A DNA stretch of 64,000 nucleotides, taken from NCBI GenBank assembly GCA_037379345.1, contig CM074518.1:4526001-4590000 (forward strand). Direction: 5' to 3'. This DNA is from Perna viridis. Lineage: Eukaryota. The position numbers and the translations under genes were made by a program. Shown here in pieces: positions 14,601 to 29,600 of the stretch; position 1 is the stretch's first letter; every line of letters starts with the position of its first letter. The notes beneath the pieces are model-generated. The model was not told the DNA's origin and searched no databases. It saw nothing but the letters and a program-made list of their open reading frames with translations.

Positions 14601-17600
14601 AGACTGTAGTATTAACCACAGTATTAATAAAAGGTGCATTGACATACCAAAATGATAACACAAGGAATATACCCCATTGTTAACACTGTAAGCATTAACA
14701 TACCATATTGTTAACACAGGGAGCATTAATATACAATTTTGATAATACACGTAACATTTATACACGATAGTGTAACAAACGGAGAATTAACATACCATAG
14801 TGTTAACACAGGGGGCATTTATATCACATCCACCGTTGTTAGTCGTACATTCATCTATATCATAGCACATCTGGTCCTGAACCGGTGATAAAGCTTCATT
14901 TTTATACTCAAATATTCTCACAGTGTCATTAGAGGAGAGTCCGTCCTCATATGTTCCCTTATGGTATCCTCTGGGACAGGCTAAACATTGATATCCAGGG
15001 ACAGTGTTAAGGCATGCTGAGTTATTCCAACAGGGTTTGTATAAATCACACTAAAATTATTAAAACACTTTGTTCGTTATTTAAGGATTGACTGAAATAT
15101 ATTGTTTTTCCGTCCTCGAAGAAATAACCTCAATACGGTGGTGCACATCAAATAACCTAATGAACCACCGGATTGAGGTTATTTCAAATAGACCCAAAAA
15201 AAATTTACAGTTATTCCTTATAATTTTATCTAAGTACCAAAATTCAACGAGTGAATCATTAAAACAATGGTGTCAATCAAAATCACCAAAACAAATTTGG
15301 TCAATCCAATCAGAAACCGTGTTAATTCTGAAATTAAATATTATATGGTATTGATAAAGTTTATCAATGGTTTACATCACTTAACGTTTAGTTGACCCCT
15401 AGTTATTTGCCGCCAGGCTAGAATGGCAATTGGTTTATAACGATACGACACAAGTTTTTTTTTCAACTCACGTAGTCGTGTATAATTTGTCACAACGATT
15501 TAAATATAAACACAGAAGCATGCAACACATGCCCTATAATTTCTAATGGACATGTACATACAAAACAACAACAATACTAATACCAGAAAAATTCGAATTC
15601 GACAACAATAGACACCATTTTTACCGTTTTTAGTGGAGTCCGAGTTGCTCATTAACTTTTGTTACTTTGTATGTATGATTTTAGCTACTTTATGTTGTGT
15701 ATGTCTGTTTTCCATGTCAGGTCTTTGTCCCTGGATTACATTATTTTGATTACCGCTATAACCTTGGTTCACCTGATTACTCTAACAAATAACTTATTAA
15801 CACACGAGGAAATATACATCTAAATAACTCATCAAATATGATTATATTTGTTTCACTTGAAAAACTCTCGTAATCGCTAGTGAGTAAATGAACATTAATT
15901 TCTATTTGCAGATACAATCCGGCTAAAATTTGTAAGAATTTCTCGGATCGATCTCAGAGTAGTTTGGACATTCCATGGAAAAGTGATAAACATCTTCACT
16001 CAGTGCCCAACATTTGCACTGAATCGCTCACATGGTTCGTGTTTCAATTACTCAAGGGCAATAACTCTTACTTTCAACATATCCAACCATATGTAGTCCT
16101 TACCATCAGAATCATTCCATCAACATTTTTTTCATCAATAAGAATTTTGAGGTATTGGTTAAAACTGAATAAAGTATCAACAAGAAATCGAACATCAACT
16201 TCGTATTAATATTCATGTTTGTTTCATTATGAGAGTCATTTCACCAATTGAAAGTTTTTTTTTCTATTAGAGTTTTTTTCTGGTTGATAAACAAAGTGAA
16301 CTGCCATTCTACCCTTCTCATGGGGAATACCATTTAAAAGAAGTGCTAACTTTGACCCAACAAAAACAAGTTTGTGGGCATTATCGTAAAGACGGTTGAA
16401 AAACTGCAAAAAAACGTCAACTTCCGCTTTTTAAGGACAATAACACCAATAAAGAGTTGTCTTGTGAACTAATTAACCAAACACAGTTGATATCAATACT
16501 ATATCAGCCTAAAGGTTTGGGCGAAATTTGTATTTTTTTTTATTGCAGGTTAAAAAATAAACATTTATTTTTTTCTGGAGTATATGCCTTTAAATTTGGT
16601 ATCAGGTATGCATCGATAATTGAATAAAGAAGTATGGCATTTGACAAAATCTGTATTTATAAAAATTACACGATGTTAAGTTACCTCATTAATATCAGTG
16701 CAAGTAACACCATCGCCAGTATATCCAACAGGACAACCGAGACACTGAAATCCCCCTCTTCCTGTATTGACACAAAGATCCTTGCTAAAACAAATATTCT
16801 CTTTTTCACATGGACATTCTACGCCACTAAAACAACCAACACAAATGCCAGAGCTGTCACCGTTGGAATAGGTACCAGCTTCACATGGAGTACACCTGTC
16901 TTTTGCAGTCGAGCTATGATAACCTGCCGGGCATGGTTTACATGATGTCTGTCCATTTAGATCTTGGTATGTACCCTCTTTGCAAAGTTGACAAAATTCT
17001 GTTAGAGAAAAGTAAACACGAGCTACTAACTAGTATTTTTGTAAGGAAAGGAATGATCATGGTTTTAGTTATGTTATCATTTTACACAAATAACTCATTA
17101 ACAGATGTACTCATATATTCTCTATGTTCTATGGCTTGATTCACAGTCAAGTTCTTTCCGCTAATTTACCTCGTATGATGCCTTACTTTTTTCTCACATA
17201 ACAATGCATATTACCAAGGATGCAAGTACCCCATGTGAAATAATTTACTGTAATATAGTAAATGACTTTAGTACAACACACCCTCTGTTTCAACAGAATA
17301 TGTTCCTGACTGGCATTGGTATCTCTGTCCTCCTCTACAGGCATACCCAGGTTCACAGGGAACACACGATTCCGGGCACAATGAGTTATTGCACTCGGTG
17401 TACTGAAAGTTAGGGCATGGAGTAGCATATCCTTCTTTACATATCTGTAATAGCATACGAAATTAACAGCTGCGGCAAAATTCATGATACACCTGTAAAC
17501 ACCTTGTCGATGTTCGAAGTTCAATTTTTTAACATTAAAAATACTAATGAACAAAAACTAACAGTACGACACGAAGACAAACAATAAAATAAGTCAGTCA

Positions 17601-20600
17601 AGGCGTTCTATTAAAATGTGTATGGACATTTACGATTAACAATCAACGGTATACCAAAAATCGTTCTCCTTAATCATTTAGATTATATGAAAGTGCTGAA
17701 AAAGAAATATGTTCGATACATATGTCTTTATTCCGTTTAACTTCACATACCATCATAATCTTATATTAAAACAGGCTATTTTAATAGCAAGTTTAGGCTC
17801 ATTCAAATTGTATTGGCTTTAACAGAAAAGTAAAGCATCACTCAAATATTAAACACATTTTAAACTAAAATCCACTATACAAAGCCAATACCAAACATAC
17901 TATATATGTTACAAAAAGATGAATAGATGGTGTTCTATTTGGTATAGAAATGCAAATAGAACGAATCAAGCAGGGTCATTATTAATTTCACTAAGATATA
18001 TACGCAGCATTTCTTGCAGCTATGCATATACAGTCAAACTATACAAACCCATCCTTTAGGGCAAGCTGAGCATTCTGATGCTGCCCCAAATGAATGCTCA
18101 GTCAATGACCTGGTACAATTCAAGGAGGTGTTTTCACATCTACCACAGGTACGGGCAAGTCCGTCTCCAAGACAGTAGAACGATGTATAGCATCTCTCAC
18201 AAGAAGTATCATCTATATATTACCAAACAAATTAAGGAATGCTTAATTTTGACATTATTTTTTGGAAAAATATAACTCTTTCATCACAAGTGTATATCAA
18301 ACAGTTTATTTTTTCAGGTAATTCATTTCAATGAAAGTCTTCAGGGCAAACGTTTGCTTTGTTCATGTTCCTTACGTGAAAATGTTAATTGGCATCTTCA
18401 CTCAATGCAAACAGATATTTTTACATCAAAGCTTTTAAAATCTATACTCAGATTCATAATACTGGCCAGACATTATTCAACTAAAACAAATAAACAACCA
18501 TAAAACTATCACAAAAATGGAAATATGTATTGGTATACATGTATAATACAGGACGAGTACAGATGAAATTTAGGAAGTTATAATACATAATGTCGCGGGA
18601 ATAAATATGTGATTGGAAACATGAACAATTTAAACACAAAAAATAAGATTCCGATGTTTGATACTTTAAAAATGTGTGCCGTGTACTACTCTCGATTTTC
18701 AGCATTTGTCGGTATTTACTTTAATTTTTGTTTGAAAAATATAAATAATGAAAACGTACAGTGGTACTGTTCAGCTTGAGAGCATCCTGACAACTCCATT
18801 CTCAGCGCAGCACTTCCTGTCCAATTCCTTGGATTGATACGTATGTATCTTCCAAATATAGGAGGATTAAGTGCAAGGATTTTTACAGAATTTTGGTCAT
18901 TGTTTCCTAAAAATATCTGCAATGCACTGTCATGGGTTAATAAAGGGGCTGATAATGTGAAAAATGTACTAATACAAAAATAATTTATGAAGTAAATATC
19001 TCTTTTAACTTTTTAAAATGTTAAACAGAAAAAAAATATTTAGTAGAGATAATTTGTGTATTATTTATGTAGTTTTGAAGTTTCTTTGCACATTTTTTAT
19101 AAAGAAGAGAGGCGCTTGCCACCTATGGTTAAGAATGACTAAATTTCATATTACATTATGATAATGTTTATTTTATTTATGTTAATTATCATTTTCATTT
19201 GATATGTTTGTATATTTATGAGTTGAATTAATGACATTTATTCCTGTTGATATTTACTTTTCTGTGTAACTGTAGCCATTGATAGTTATTAGTGTTCAGT
19301 TTTGAATGTCTGGTCATTTGATTTCTACTATTAGGTTATTATTGTATATCTCAGGTGTGTTCTATTGATTTGCGTCGTAATTGGACTGTTTGATCACATG
19401 TAGTTTTGAAGAGATATCTTTTGTAATAAGCCACGTATTGATTCATTGTCAATTAGATTTTGGTCCAGGAAGGCAGACATCTTGATTTCTGTATAGAACA
19501 TTTTTATATTTAGCAGTGGTCCCGGGATAAGTTTGTCTTGAAGGTTAGTTTTCTTCATTTCTTTTATCACTACTTAACCGTCTGTATTTTAAAAGGGCAT
19601 ATTGATATATGTGTGAATGTTAGAAAGAATTTGTGAATAAGTCTGTAGGATGAGTCTGTTCTTTATGAATGTGTAAAGCATATTAAACTAAATTAAAGTT
19701 AAAGTTTAAAACGTTAAACATTTAAAATATAAAATAGCTTTTAATGACCGTATTTGAGTCTTTTAAGCAGATTAGTATGAATGTGTTTCATTATTTCTAA
19801 ATATGAGATCAATATATTATTAAGTGCTTTTCACAATTTTTGTGTGTTTCAGGATACACTCTTGTATGTTATTTTGTATTCAGTTGAATTTTGAATTCTA
19901 CTTCTAAGCACATTGATTATGATTTCATATTATTGTGTGTCATAAAAAGTTGTATAATATTCATATGCAAAGTTAGTGTTTTTTTCTTTCTGTTATTTGT
20001 CATAAATGCTACTTTGTAAAATTCCATTGACCAGTTTTAGTTATTGTTTCTAGCACTTATATTCATATTGTTTTATCTGTGTTTGTAGGATCTTCTGTTT
20101 GTTTCATTCATTGCGTTAGACCTCAATGAAGATTAATAATCCACTGTGTTCTGGAGGCCATAAATCCAGTCCCGTTTCATATAAGTAAATTTGAATTATT
20201 TTCACGCACGCATATATATAAATTTAGTTCCTGTAACTATAACTTGGTTTTAAAGTTAGAATAGGTCATTCTATAAGTTGAATTTTGAGTTGTTACATCT
20301 AATATATCAGTATAAAAGCATCGAATGAATTATAATGTATATCATTCAGATTTGGTGATGCTTATTTGTCTTGTATCTTCTTTTAACTATGCATTCCGGT
20401 CTTTAATAGTTGTCAATTTCATTTGACGCACATGTATGATAAACAATATCGATATTATGCCGATAGAAGTTAGATATACTGCATATAATATGCCAAATTC
20501 TGTATCGTATGCCATATAAACCCAAGATTTCTATAGCACCGCAAGAGCTACCGCCCCGAGGGTAATATAAGTCGAGGGTTGATATGGCATATGAAACAGA

Positions 20601-23600
20601 GATATAATGTTCATTACATCATACATTTTAACTACACTCCAAATGTGTTTCGAGTAGTGATGCGATATGGGTCTAGGAGTTTGATATATTGTATATGATA
20701 TATATCTATGGGTGTAATATAAGGTATGTGATATAGGGTTACGATATAGGGCTGGAGCAATCACTTATTAATGAATATTGAAAAATATTTTGGTTAAATA
20801 TATAAATATAAATTTCTGATATAATTACATATTCTCCAGTGGAATCATGATATACATTCCAATCGTGCCCATAATCTGAGTACAGTATCTGAAAAGCCTC
20901 GATCCAATTAGGTTCATCCTCTTGCCCCTGAGTTTGTACCTTTGTTACTTTGTATGGTGCCTCTAAGTCGACCTGAATATATGGGTTAGTATCACTTTCA
21001 GCAGCGATCCAGCCGCCTGATAATGGCCCAAATTCAGCTGAAAAAAATACCATAACAATAATTAATAATTAAGGTAACGGCAAAGCAAGACGGGTTCTTC
21101 TCTAGTCAGTATATTCTGTATCGTAAATATTTTACTCGCAGTTCTAAATGTTAAGATATTACATTTTTTATACTTAATCAACCAATTGAGTTGCATTTTC
21201 TATATATAAACATACATTTATGGTTTAGTATTTTGTCTTAATAATTTAAATTTTGTATTGCAAGTAATTCTACTTTCACTTTGGTTTTATTCCTTCAAAG
21301 TTATCCTGATTGAAATAAACTAAGTTTAAATATGTAGTCAAACTACACTACAGTAAACATGTTGAGTAATAGTACTCAAATCTTAATTAAACCAATTATC
21401 AATATTGTTACGATTCGCGGAAAAAGACTAAACCATGAAAACAAGACATAACAACATAAATACTACTAACGTTAATAAATACACTACTTAAAGAAAAAAC
21501 GATCTTAAGTTTTAAGTTTAGTCTGGGCTGTTCTTTCTTTGTAAGTTGTGTATTCATCGAGTTGTGACAAGAAAGACCAGCAGGATAAGCGTCCTTTGCT
21601 GTTTTAGAAAGATCCACCGCATATTATTGAGCGAAGTACTTTTGAAAAAATGAATTTTGTCCCGTGATAAAATAACCTCGTTTCGAAATCTTTCTTAAAG
21701 AGGTTTGGTTTCGTGTAGCCTTTTTTTAGTATTTGCAATACGTATGAGCCTTACTAAATTCACACATTTAAATGATACTAATCGCTGTTGTCTTAGTCTA
21801 GTTATGGGTTTTCCTTTCCGTCGATATCTTTAAAACATCATGATATAAGGGTGTTAAGGATGAATTCTCGGTGTCAGGGTCTGAAAGTCTTTGAGACAGA
21901 TTTCAGATTAAAAAAATGACAGACTAGGAGTATTTAATAACTGACCTTCTTCCAAGTAGCTTAAACTTAAATTGAAGGATCAATGTTTATCTTTCTTTCA
22001 ACCAATAAGTTAATAAGTCTTATAATAAGAGTACATAAACAGATCGACAAGCAGTGGGTACAATTAGAACGATCAAAACTCCCAGTATTTGTCGTGTAAT
22101 CATTAGAATTTAACAAAATAAGAATGTCGGTCCATTGCTCTTTGTTTGTGTGTCGGTATTTCATCTTTGTAGAATGAACATCATTGTATGATGTATCCCT
22201 AGTACAACAAAATTAAATAAAAAATCCTTCACTTATTTACAAACCGTTCTTAGTTAAAGCGATATTTAAGTCTTTATTGTTTGGAACGGTTACACACACA
22301 CACACACACACTCACGAATTACAAATTGTTATACTTACGAGTTGACGCTGTAAGATTCAGTCGTCCCCGTTCAGGCTTTGTTAAGAAACTTCTAAAGGAT
22401 GATGCTGTTATCAGTTCATCACGAACAATTCCAGAGGCAAGACCAATGTCATCAGAGCATTCTGGAATAAGACAATTGCATGAGTATTTACTGTTGTAAG
22501 TTGTACATATGTTTATACACATGTAATTCTGATGTGAAATGTCATGCCTTCCAAAGATCAAAATAGTTTATACTATTTTTGTTGCAAGTTAAAATGTTAG
22601 TCTATATTACAACGTCCTAAATTCAGTTGTGGTATTCGTACCCTCTTTTGTGATTTTGCATGCACTAACCAACGGTTATTTGAATCTAATATCAATCATT
22701 GGACATTCTTGGTTTCACAAATACTGAATTAATGTATCTGATTATATGTACACCAGTGATGATGACCGTTGTTTGCTTGGGTGTTCATTCTTATAAATTT
22801 TTAAAAATATGACTAATACTATTGTTAGTTTAAATTTACAGACACTTACTAAAATTAACGATCCAATATCCTGGAATTCGGAGGTACAAATCACCAGTCG
22901 TCTCGTTGACAAGAAAGGTATAATTTGTCTTGTCAAGATGTTCGTTCAGAAGACAAGTGTTACTGATATTGACAGTGACATTAATTGCACTACCCAACGG
23001 CGGGGTTCCATTGTCTATAACAGCTAGGGTTACCGTTAGTTCAGTTGTGGAATTATAGACTTCACGACGTATATCCAAAGATTCTGAATAATCTATCTCT
23101 GGACTACAAATGACAATGTTTTTCATTTACTAATACATATTCCAATCATTAATTTATAAGGCATTCGAAAGATTATTATCTTTCATTTCATTTTAATTTA
23201 ATTTTATTACTGTTTTCTTATAGGACTCGCAAGAGATATTTCAAGTGTAAAGAAAAATCAATGCTTCTTTGACATTGAGTAGAATAGTTTTACTGAAACT
23301 TCATCTGCAACAATAAAACGGAATTTGACGTATGAAATCAATTCTAGCAGAACGTTCTTCCGACCAACGGAAATCAAAAGCTTTAAAAGGTATATGAAAT
23401 TTGGTTATAATTATGGTTGCCCTAAATAAACGTACATAACATAATTGTTAACCTTTTAATTCTATATTTTCGTATCCGAAAAATGAACAGATTTACCTCT
23501 CGGTGTGTACATGTGAAACGTAGTAAGTATATTCTGCATTAACTCCACTATCAACATCAGATGCAGTTACTGACATTAGCGGTGGTAACTGTAACAGAGG

Positions 23601-26600
23601 CTGAGGCGTGATGAACACGTCTCCAGTCACATTTAGTTGTGGGCAGTTGTCGTTATAATCAGTTACTGATACCTTGATGAAGAAGTACAAAAATATATAA
23701 GTATCAGACATAATGGAAACATGTCATGTTTCAACTGTTAATTAGTGAATATGAAATATTTTATAGACTCAAAGCTTCTGGGGTGAGTTGCTGAATGACA
23801 TATACGTTCACTGCAGGTAATTACCTAGTAGCAATCCAATTTGTTCACTATAAACTCATTCTTTCTGTAGTACGTCAAATCAATATAAAAATAAAATTAT
23901 GACGTTAATATAGATATAATTAAATGTAGCACAAGCAATAACAGAGATAAAACCATTAGAGAAAATAGTTTTACCTTTAGAACTAGTGATCCCTCCTTAT
24001 TACTGCCAAGGTCTTTTATGTTCAGATGAAGTATGTAATCCTGCATAACTTCATAATCTAGTTCAGTAGACAGTGTGACCAAAGCATTCAATGTTGATAA
24101 TGTGAACAGTTCTGCACCTGGAATACTACTTTCCACCATAGGTACTGAGTCAATCAGACATTCTAAAAATGACCATACAAGAGGCATTGAAACAGTAAAT
24201 GTTAGATTGTTTATTAAAAAAAATGTAAAAATTTAAATCTTAAAGATTTTCAAATAATAAATTCAATTTAAAATGTAAATAATTGATAAAAGACAAATGC
24301 AGTAAGTTTTTATTACAGGAGGGGTATATCTATTGGAAATGGGTAAATTTCTATTAGGAAAGAGGATTGAGACAATGGAGAATGGGGGGGTGGTGGTATA
24401 TGAAGTAAATGGGAAGTTTATACCATTCAAGAGCTGTATCAGGGGAAAACAACCACACTGAAAAAAAATTATAGTAGTAACAATAAAAAGATTCAACAAT
24501 TATATTAGATTATACAGGTATTTAAAAACATCTGAGTAGCAAACATAATGCATAAGCATTTAACAAAATGCATGAAATACAATCGAAAATAATGATAAAT
24601 TACCTATCAAAGTTTCATGATTTAATCAAACACCATACATCCTACTGATATTAAAGTGTAACATCATATAAAAACATACCGACATAGGAAACATTTAGCC
24701 CGTATATTTCCCTGTATGTGTATGTAGGTTGCTCAGGAGTATTGGCAAGATTTCTGTTGGCATTCGTGTCTTCCTTCAATATAAAATGTCTCGCTTCGTT
24801 CCCTACGAATAAAAACAATATTCCTTTAATGTTGTATGCAAAACAAACGATTCTTGCATTTCATTTCGTATTTTGTATTTGAAACATACTTCAAGGTAAT
24901 CGAATTGAATTATTAAGACATTTGATCAATTGTTATAGTGCTACCCATTATTGTATACTACCTGTTGTCAATTCCACTTGATACGATGGTCCTGTATGAT
25001 AAACATCCCACGCCGGAAATTCTCCAACGATTGCGTTTGTATGAACATTTTCATTTACGTAGAACTTATAATGAAACGGAGGGTCATCGCCGTCATGTAT
25101 AGACAGATACACATTCTCTAAACGTATCAAAAGTTCTGATGAACATCCTTGTCTCTCCGCGTGGAATATCTCAAACAGGTATGTTTCTCCAATCTGTAAT
25201 ATGGCAAGGATTAATTAGAATTTTTTTTTTTCAAAGGTAAGCTGTATTAAACATTTTATTCATTAAGACCCATTAAGATTTTCCTGCACTTCAATAAATA
25301 TCATGAGAATAGGTATGGTGTATATGTCATGCATTTAACTGTATTTGCAGAATACCTGCCTATTATAAAATGACATCCGAAACATGCATGAAGAAGTTTT
25401 TGGAAACTCCTTATTTATTTAGTGATAGGAACAAGAAATTGAATCATAATTATACCACAAACCTTCATCGGTAGTTTAAATGCAGAAGAAGGTTTTGGAT
25501 GCATGTTAGTGCATTCTCCATCTATAACATCACCTTCAAATTTCGCAAACATACCATTATCTGTTAAAAAAGGATATGTGAACCGCTATCATAGAGTAAA
25601 TTGGAGATTTGAATTCTTTAAGGTAAACAAAAACTTTAGTTTACTAAATTCATCTAAAATTAATACAGACATAAACAAATTTTATTATTAACAACTGTCC
25701 TTCGTCTTTTTAAGGTTTAAATGTCTTTTTCATAAATGTTTATACCATCAAACCGAAAATTCGTATTTCTTAGAGGGAGTAAACACCACGGGATATCTTT
25801 TTAATATAAAAATCACACTTGCCTTTTGCAATTGAGAGGTCGATTACTTGACAAGCTATTTGCCCTGATGTCCTGTCCGCTATCAATTCCACAATGAGCT
25901 GTTTATCAATAAACAACCAAAATTCATCCCCACCTCCTATTGTTATTTTCTCTGTTCCTGAGTACTTTATTCCTGTCCTGATCGTTGACGTAAAACTGTA
26001 AATAGTTACCAGTTATTAGCTTTACGTATTTCATCATCTTAATTTTTTCTTAGCACAAGATTTTCATGAACAGACAAGAATTAATAATCTTTTGGCGTAT
26101 AATAACTTGTACAAGTTGACGAATTAATGTTTGAATAAAAAAAAAATGTTTTTTTTTGTTTGTTTTTTTTTTTTTTTTTTGCATAAAACTAAAAGTACAG
26201 GTTTGCCCTGTTCTTTCTATTTGGAATGTTAGTGTATTTATTACTTGAACTAAAGAATCGATTTTTTAAGTAATCTCCAATGCGGCAAATATTTTTGGGC
26301 CAAAAAGTTCGTAATTAAGGTTGTGAATCTTAAGAACACGTGTAATTTGAATGCAGAAAATTACTTCTAAACTATACCGGCAATCGACAGTTGAGGTGAT
26401 CTGTTTAGATGCTTACAAAACAGCTGGTGTTGAGACTTTTCGCGAAATACTTTTATCTATAAATTGCTATATTTTCTTCTATTGAAAGAAGAAGCAATTG
26501 TTTAAACTCAATACTTACGCAAAATTGTGTAGCCCTCCTGAACAGTCTATTTGTCCCTCTGATTCATAACCAAAGTTGTCTAGAGGATAGAACTTATCAG

Positions 26601-29600
26601 ACCAAAACCTGTCAAACACAAAATTTCATATTTAATTAAATATTCCAAATGTGTTTTTCCTAGACTGCAGTCCATTGATTTCAGCAGTGTATTTTACTTC
26701 CTGGTGGTTTGTATTGTATAGTAAGTATCAATAAAAATTTCACCTTGAAAATACAAAAAAAAAAGGATGATGAGAGCGTACCTGTAAATAGCCCCTTTTT
26801 AATGGATAAGGTACCAAGATAATGAACATTTATTAAACATTATAATTAAAATAGTCAAGCAACCATTTATAGTAAGTGATTGTAATAACATTCAAATACG
26901 TACATATGAACAGTTGCTGATGTCACATCGGTGTCATGCTTCAGAACAAGCTCATCATTTTTGACGTGGTTGGATGTAGAAGATCTGAACCAATCAGAAA
27001 CCGTATCAGATGTCGGATCATCAGAAAATGCCAACCACGAGCCCAGTGGACTGACAACGTGGTATGGACTCCTAGGCAGCAAACCGGTCGTTGTAGAAAA
27101 ATCATCGTTTCCAGCGCTGAAATCGTAGTATACTATATCTACAACAACGTCTGTTGATCCAATGGATGGGTCTTAAAATGAAATAAAGTCGAAGTATAAC
27201 AATAGTTTGAAAAAAAAACGGTTTTGCAATAAAAACGTCCTTTGGCATAGGAAACAATAAATTTCCCGTTTCAAAGAGCATGATACAAAGTCCCTTAAGG
27301 AAGTTCGCTGCTCATGTTCAGCCATTTTCGTCAGACTTCGGACTCCTCTGGTTTTATCCATTTCATAGCCAGATAGTAGTACCCCAGTGACCCTCACTTT
27401 CTTTTCATAATTTCATTAAACACACTTAAATTTTATTTGAGAAGATTTTTTTCATGAAATCCTTGTTACTTCTGTGCTTTTAATAGATAGACCTTACTTA
27501 GACAAAACCTATTTTTCCCGCCTTTGAATCATATCTCAAAATTGGGCATACTGAGCCATATTTTGTCCACTTATATTGATCAAACATGAAAAAAAATACT
27601 AAACGATTTCACAACGTCCTTGTTATTCTTAAACAGAGCAGAGAATATCCTCAATACATTCGATATTTTTAATTAGTATAAAGTTTAACTGTAGAACTTG
27701 TTTATTGTTCGGACAAAATGACTTGCATGCAAAAAACGTTATAAATATACCAAGGAAACTATAGTAACGTCCAGTCATTTGTCCGTCTCTCCATCAGGTT
27801 TCGTCTATGACTTCCGGTATGTTTACTTTACTGGTACATATATGTCACATGTCACATATGTCACTGTACACTGGAACGATGACAGTGTTGGTGCACATAA
27901 GGTCCTCGAGTGTATTCACCAACCCAGTAGTCAGACTTGTCAGAGCCCGAATTCTATCTGATTTCATTCGTCATTTTTGACAAAACTTACTGTATTACAA
28001 GATTTCAAAATAAACCAATTACTGAGGCTTCATTCCTTCTATTACACATGGTAAAACATCTCGCTGATTGTTTAAGGCTTCCTTTTTCGATAATTTTGGT
28101 ATTGAGTACTTCTTGTATACAAATATTTTTTGACTTATATCTTCTTATATCATCCATATACTTGATGCTAATGCTGATGATGAGAGATAACTCCTTGAAA
28201 CACGTATAAAGCCTATCAAAATTAACAATTTATTTGATTGGTATTTTCGTAATTTATAACCACTGGGTTGATGTCACTGCTTTTGGTCCTAAGGTCTTGG
28301 ATGGTATTAACCGACACAGTAGTCAGACTTGTGTGATACCGAATTATATCAGACTTTAGTTGTCATATTTATCTTAATTTAAATTACAAATTTCAAGATT
28401 TAGATCTTCCCATATATTTGATGCTAATGCTGCTAATATATATATAATTAGCATTTTTGCAATCTACTCATATTTTTGTAAATGCGAAATATGACAAATC
28501 TGCATATAACTATATGTCGCTCAGGTTAATGAAAACATGGTTTAAATCAAACAAAATAAATAATTACTTCCGGGTGAAGATGTTATTGACGGAGTGCTGA
28601 TAAACAAAGGCAGGCTGCTTGCACTAGTGTACCCATCTATTCTGGTTTTTATAGTACATTCGTATGATGTCAATGACAGTAACCCATCACTGCTTGTAAA
28701 TGTAACTTCCGCCTCATAATAAGATGCTGTATTACAATTAGACATATCAGCAGTCGATCTTATACATGATCGAGTACACCCTGCATTGTTCACTAAACCG
28801 TTTGAATCTAAGCAATCTGCCCCACAGTCTGTTGTAGAGATAGGTGTCTTGTCTATAGGCGTCGGGGTACACGGGTTACTGCATTGAATGGTCTTAGAGG
28901 ATGTATCAATGTACAGACATTCATCTACACAAGTAGGTCCATTGTAATATGTGGCATAGCAGTAGCGAGGGAGTTGGGCCGTCACCCGAACTATCTTCTC
29001 TAGTGTACTGGCAGTGGTGCTGGTGCAGCTAATTAGATAATCCCTAGAAGATAATAGATTGTTCTGAATAACCTGTCAAAACATCATATGATTAGCCTAT
29101 TATGCTTCATAGATTAAGTACAAAACCTTGTTTTATAATGTAAATACATGTATGTCAAAACACTCTCTATTTGATTCTGATATATAACCTTACGTAAGAT
29201 CAGATAGGTTTATTATAACGCTTCTTTATGGGTTAGGGTTACTAAAATTGCACATCCTTAAAACTAGACAAAAATATTGCATAAACAACATTAAAAAGCC
29301 TTTTTGAGAAATATCAAGTAAAAGTAAGATACCACATGTTAATAATGGTATAGAGAAATTATCATCTATGGGAGGGAGAAAAGAATTCTTAACATGAACA
29401 GTGTAGCTCACCAGACTTCATACGTTGCACCACTTGCAGCAATCGTCGTACTGGTAGAGTTATCACCAAACAACTCGAACATGAATTTAGGACGGTCCCA
29501 TTTGATTGTCATACGTGTACTCGTCACCCCATGTGATTTTAGACTTTGAGCGGCTGAAACATTATTCGGAATATTTACACAAACTATTTTAAAAACATAA

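Noticed and set aside
19040-20400. Possible very old retroelement remnant
   Set aside because: Only vague resemblance to RT/GIY-YIG motifs; not supportable by eye.
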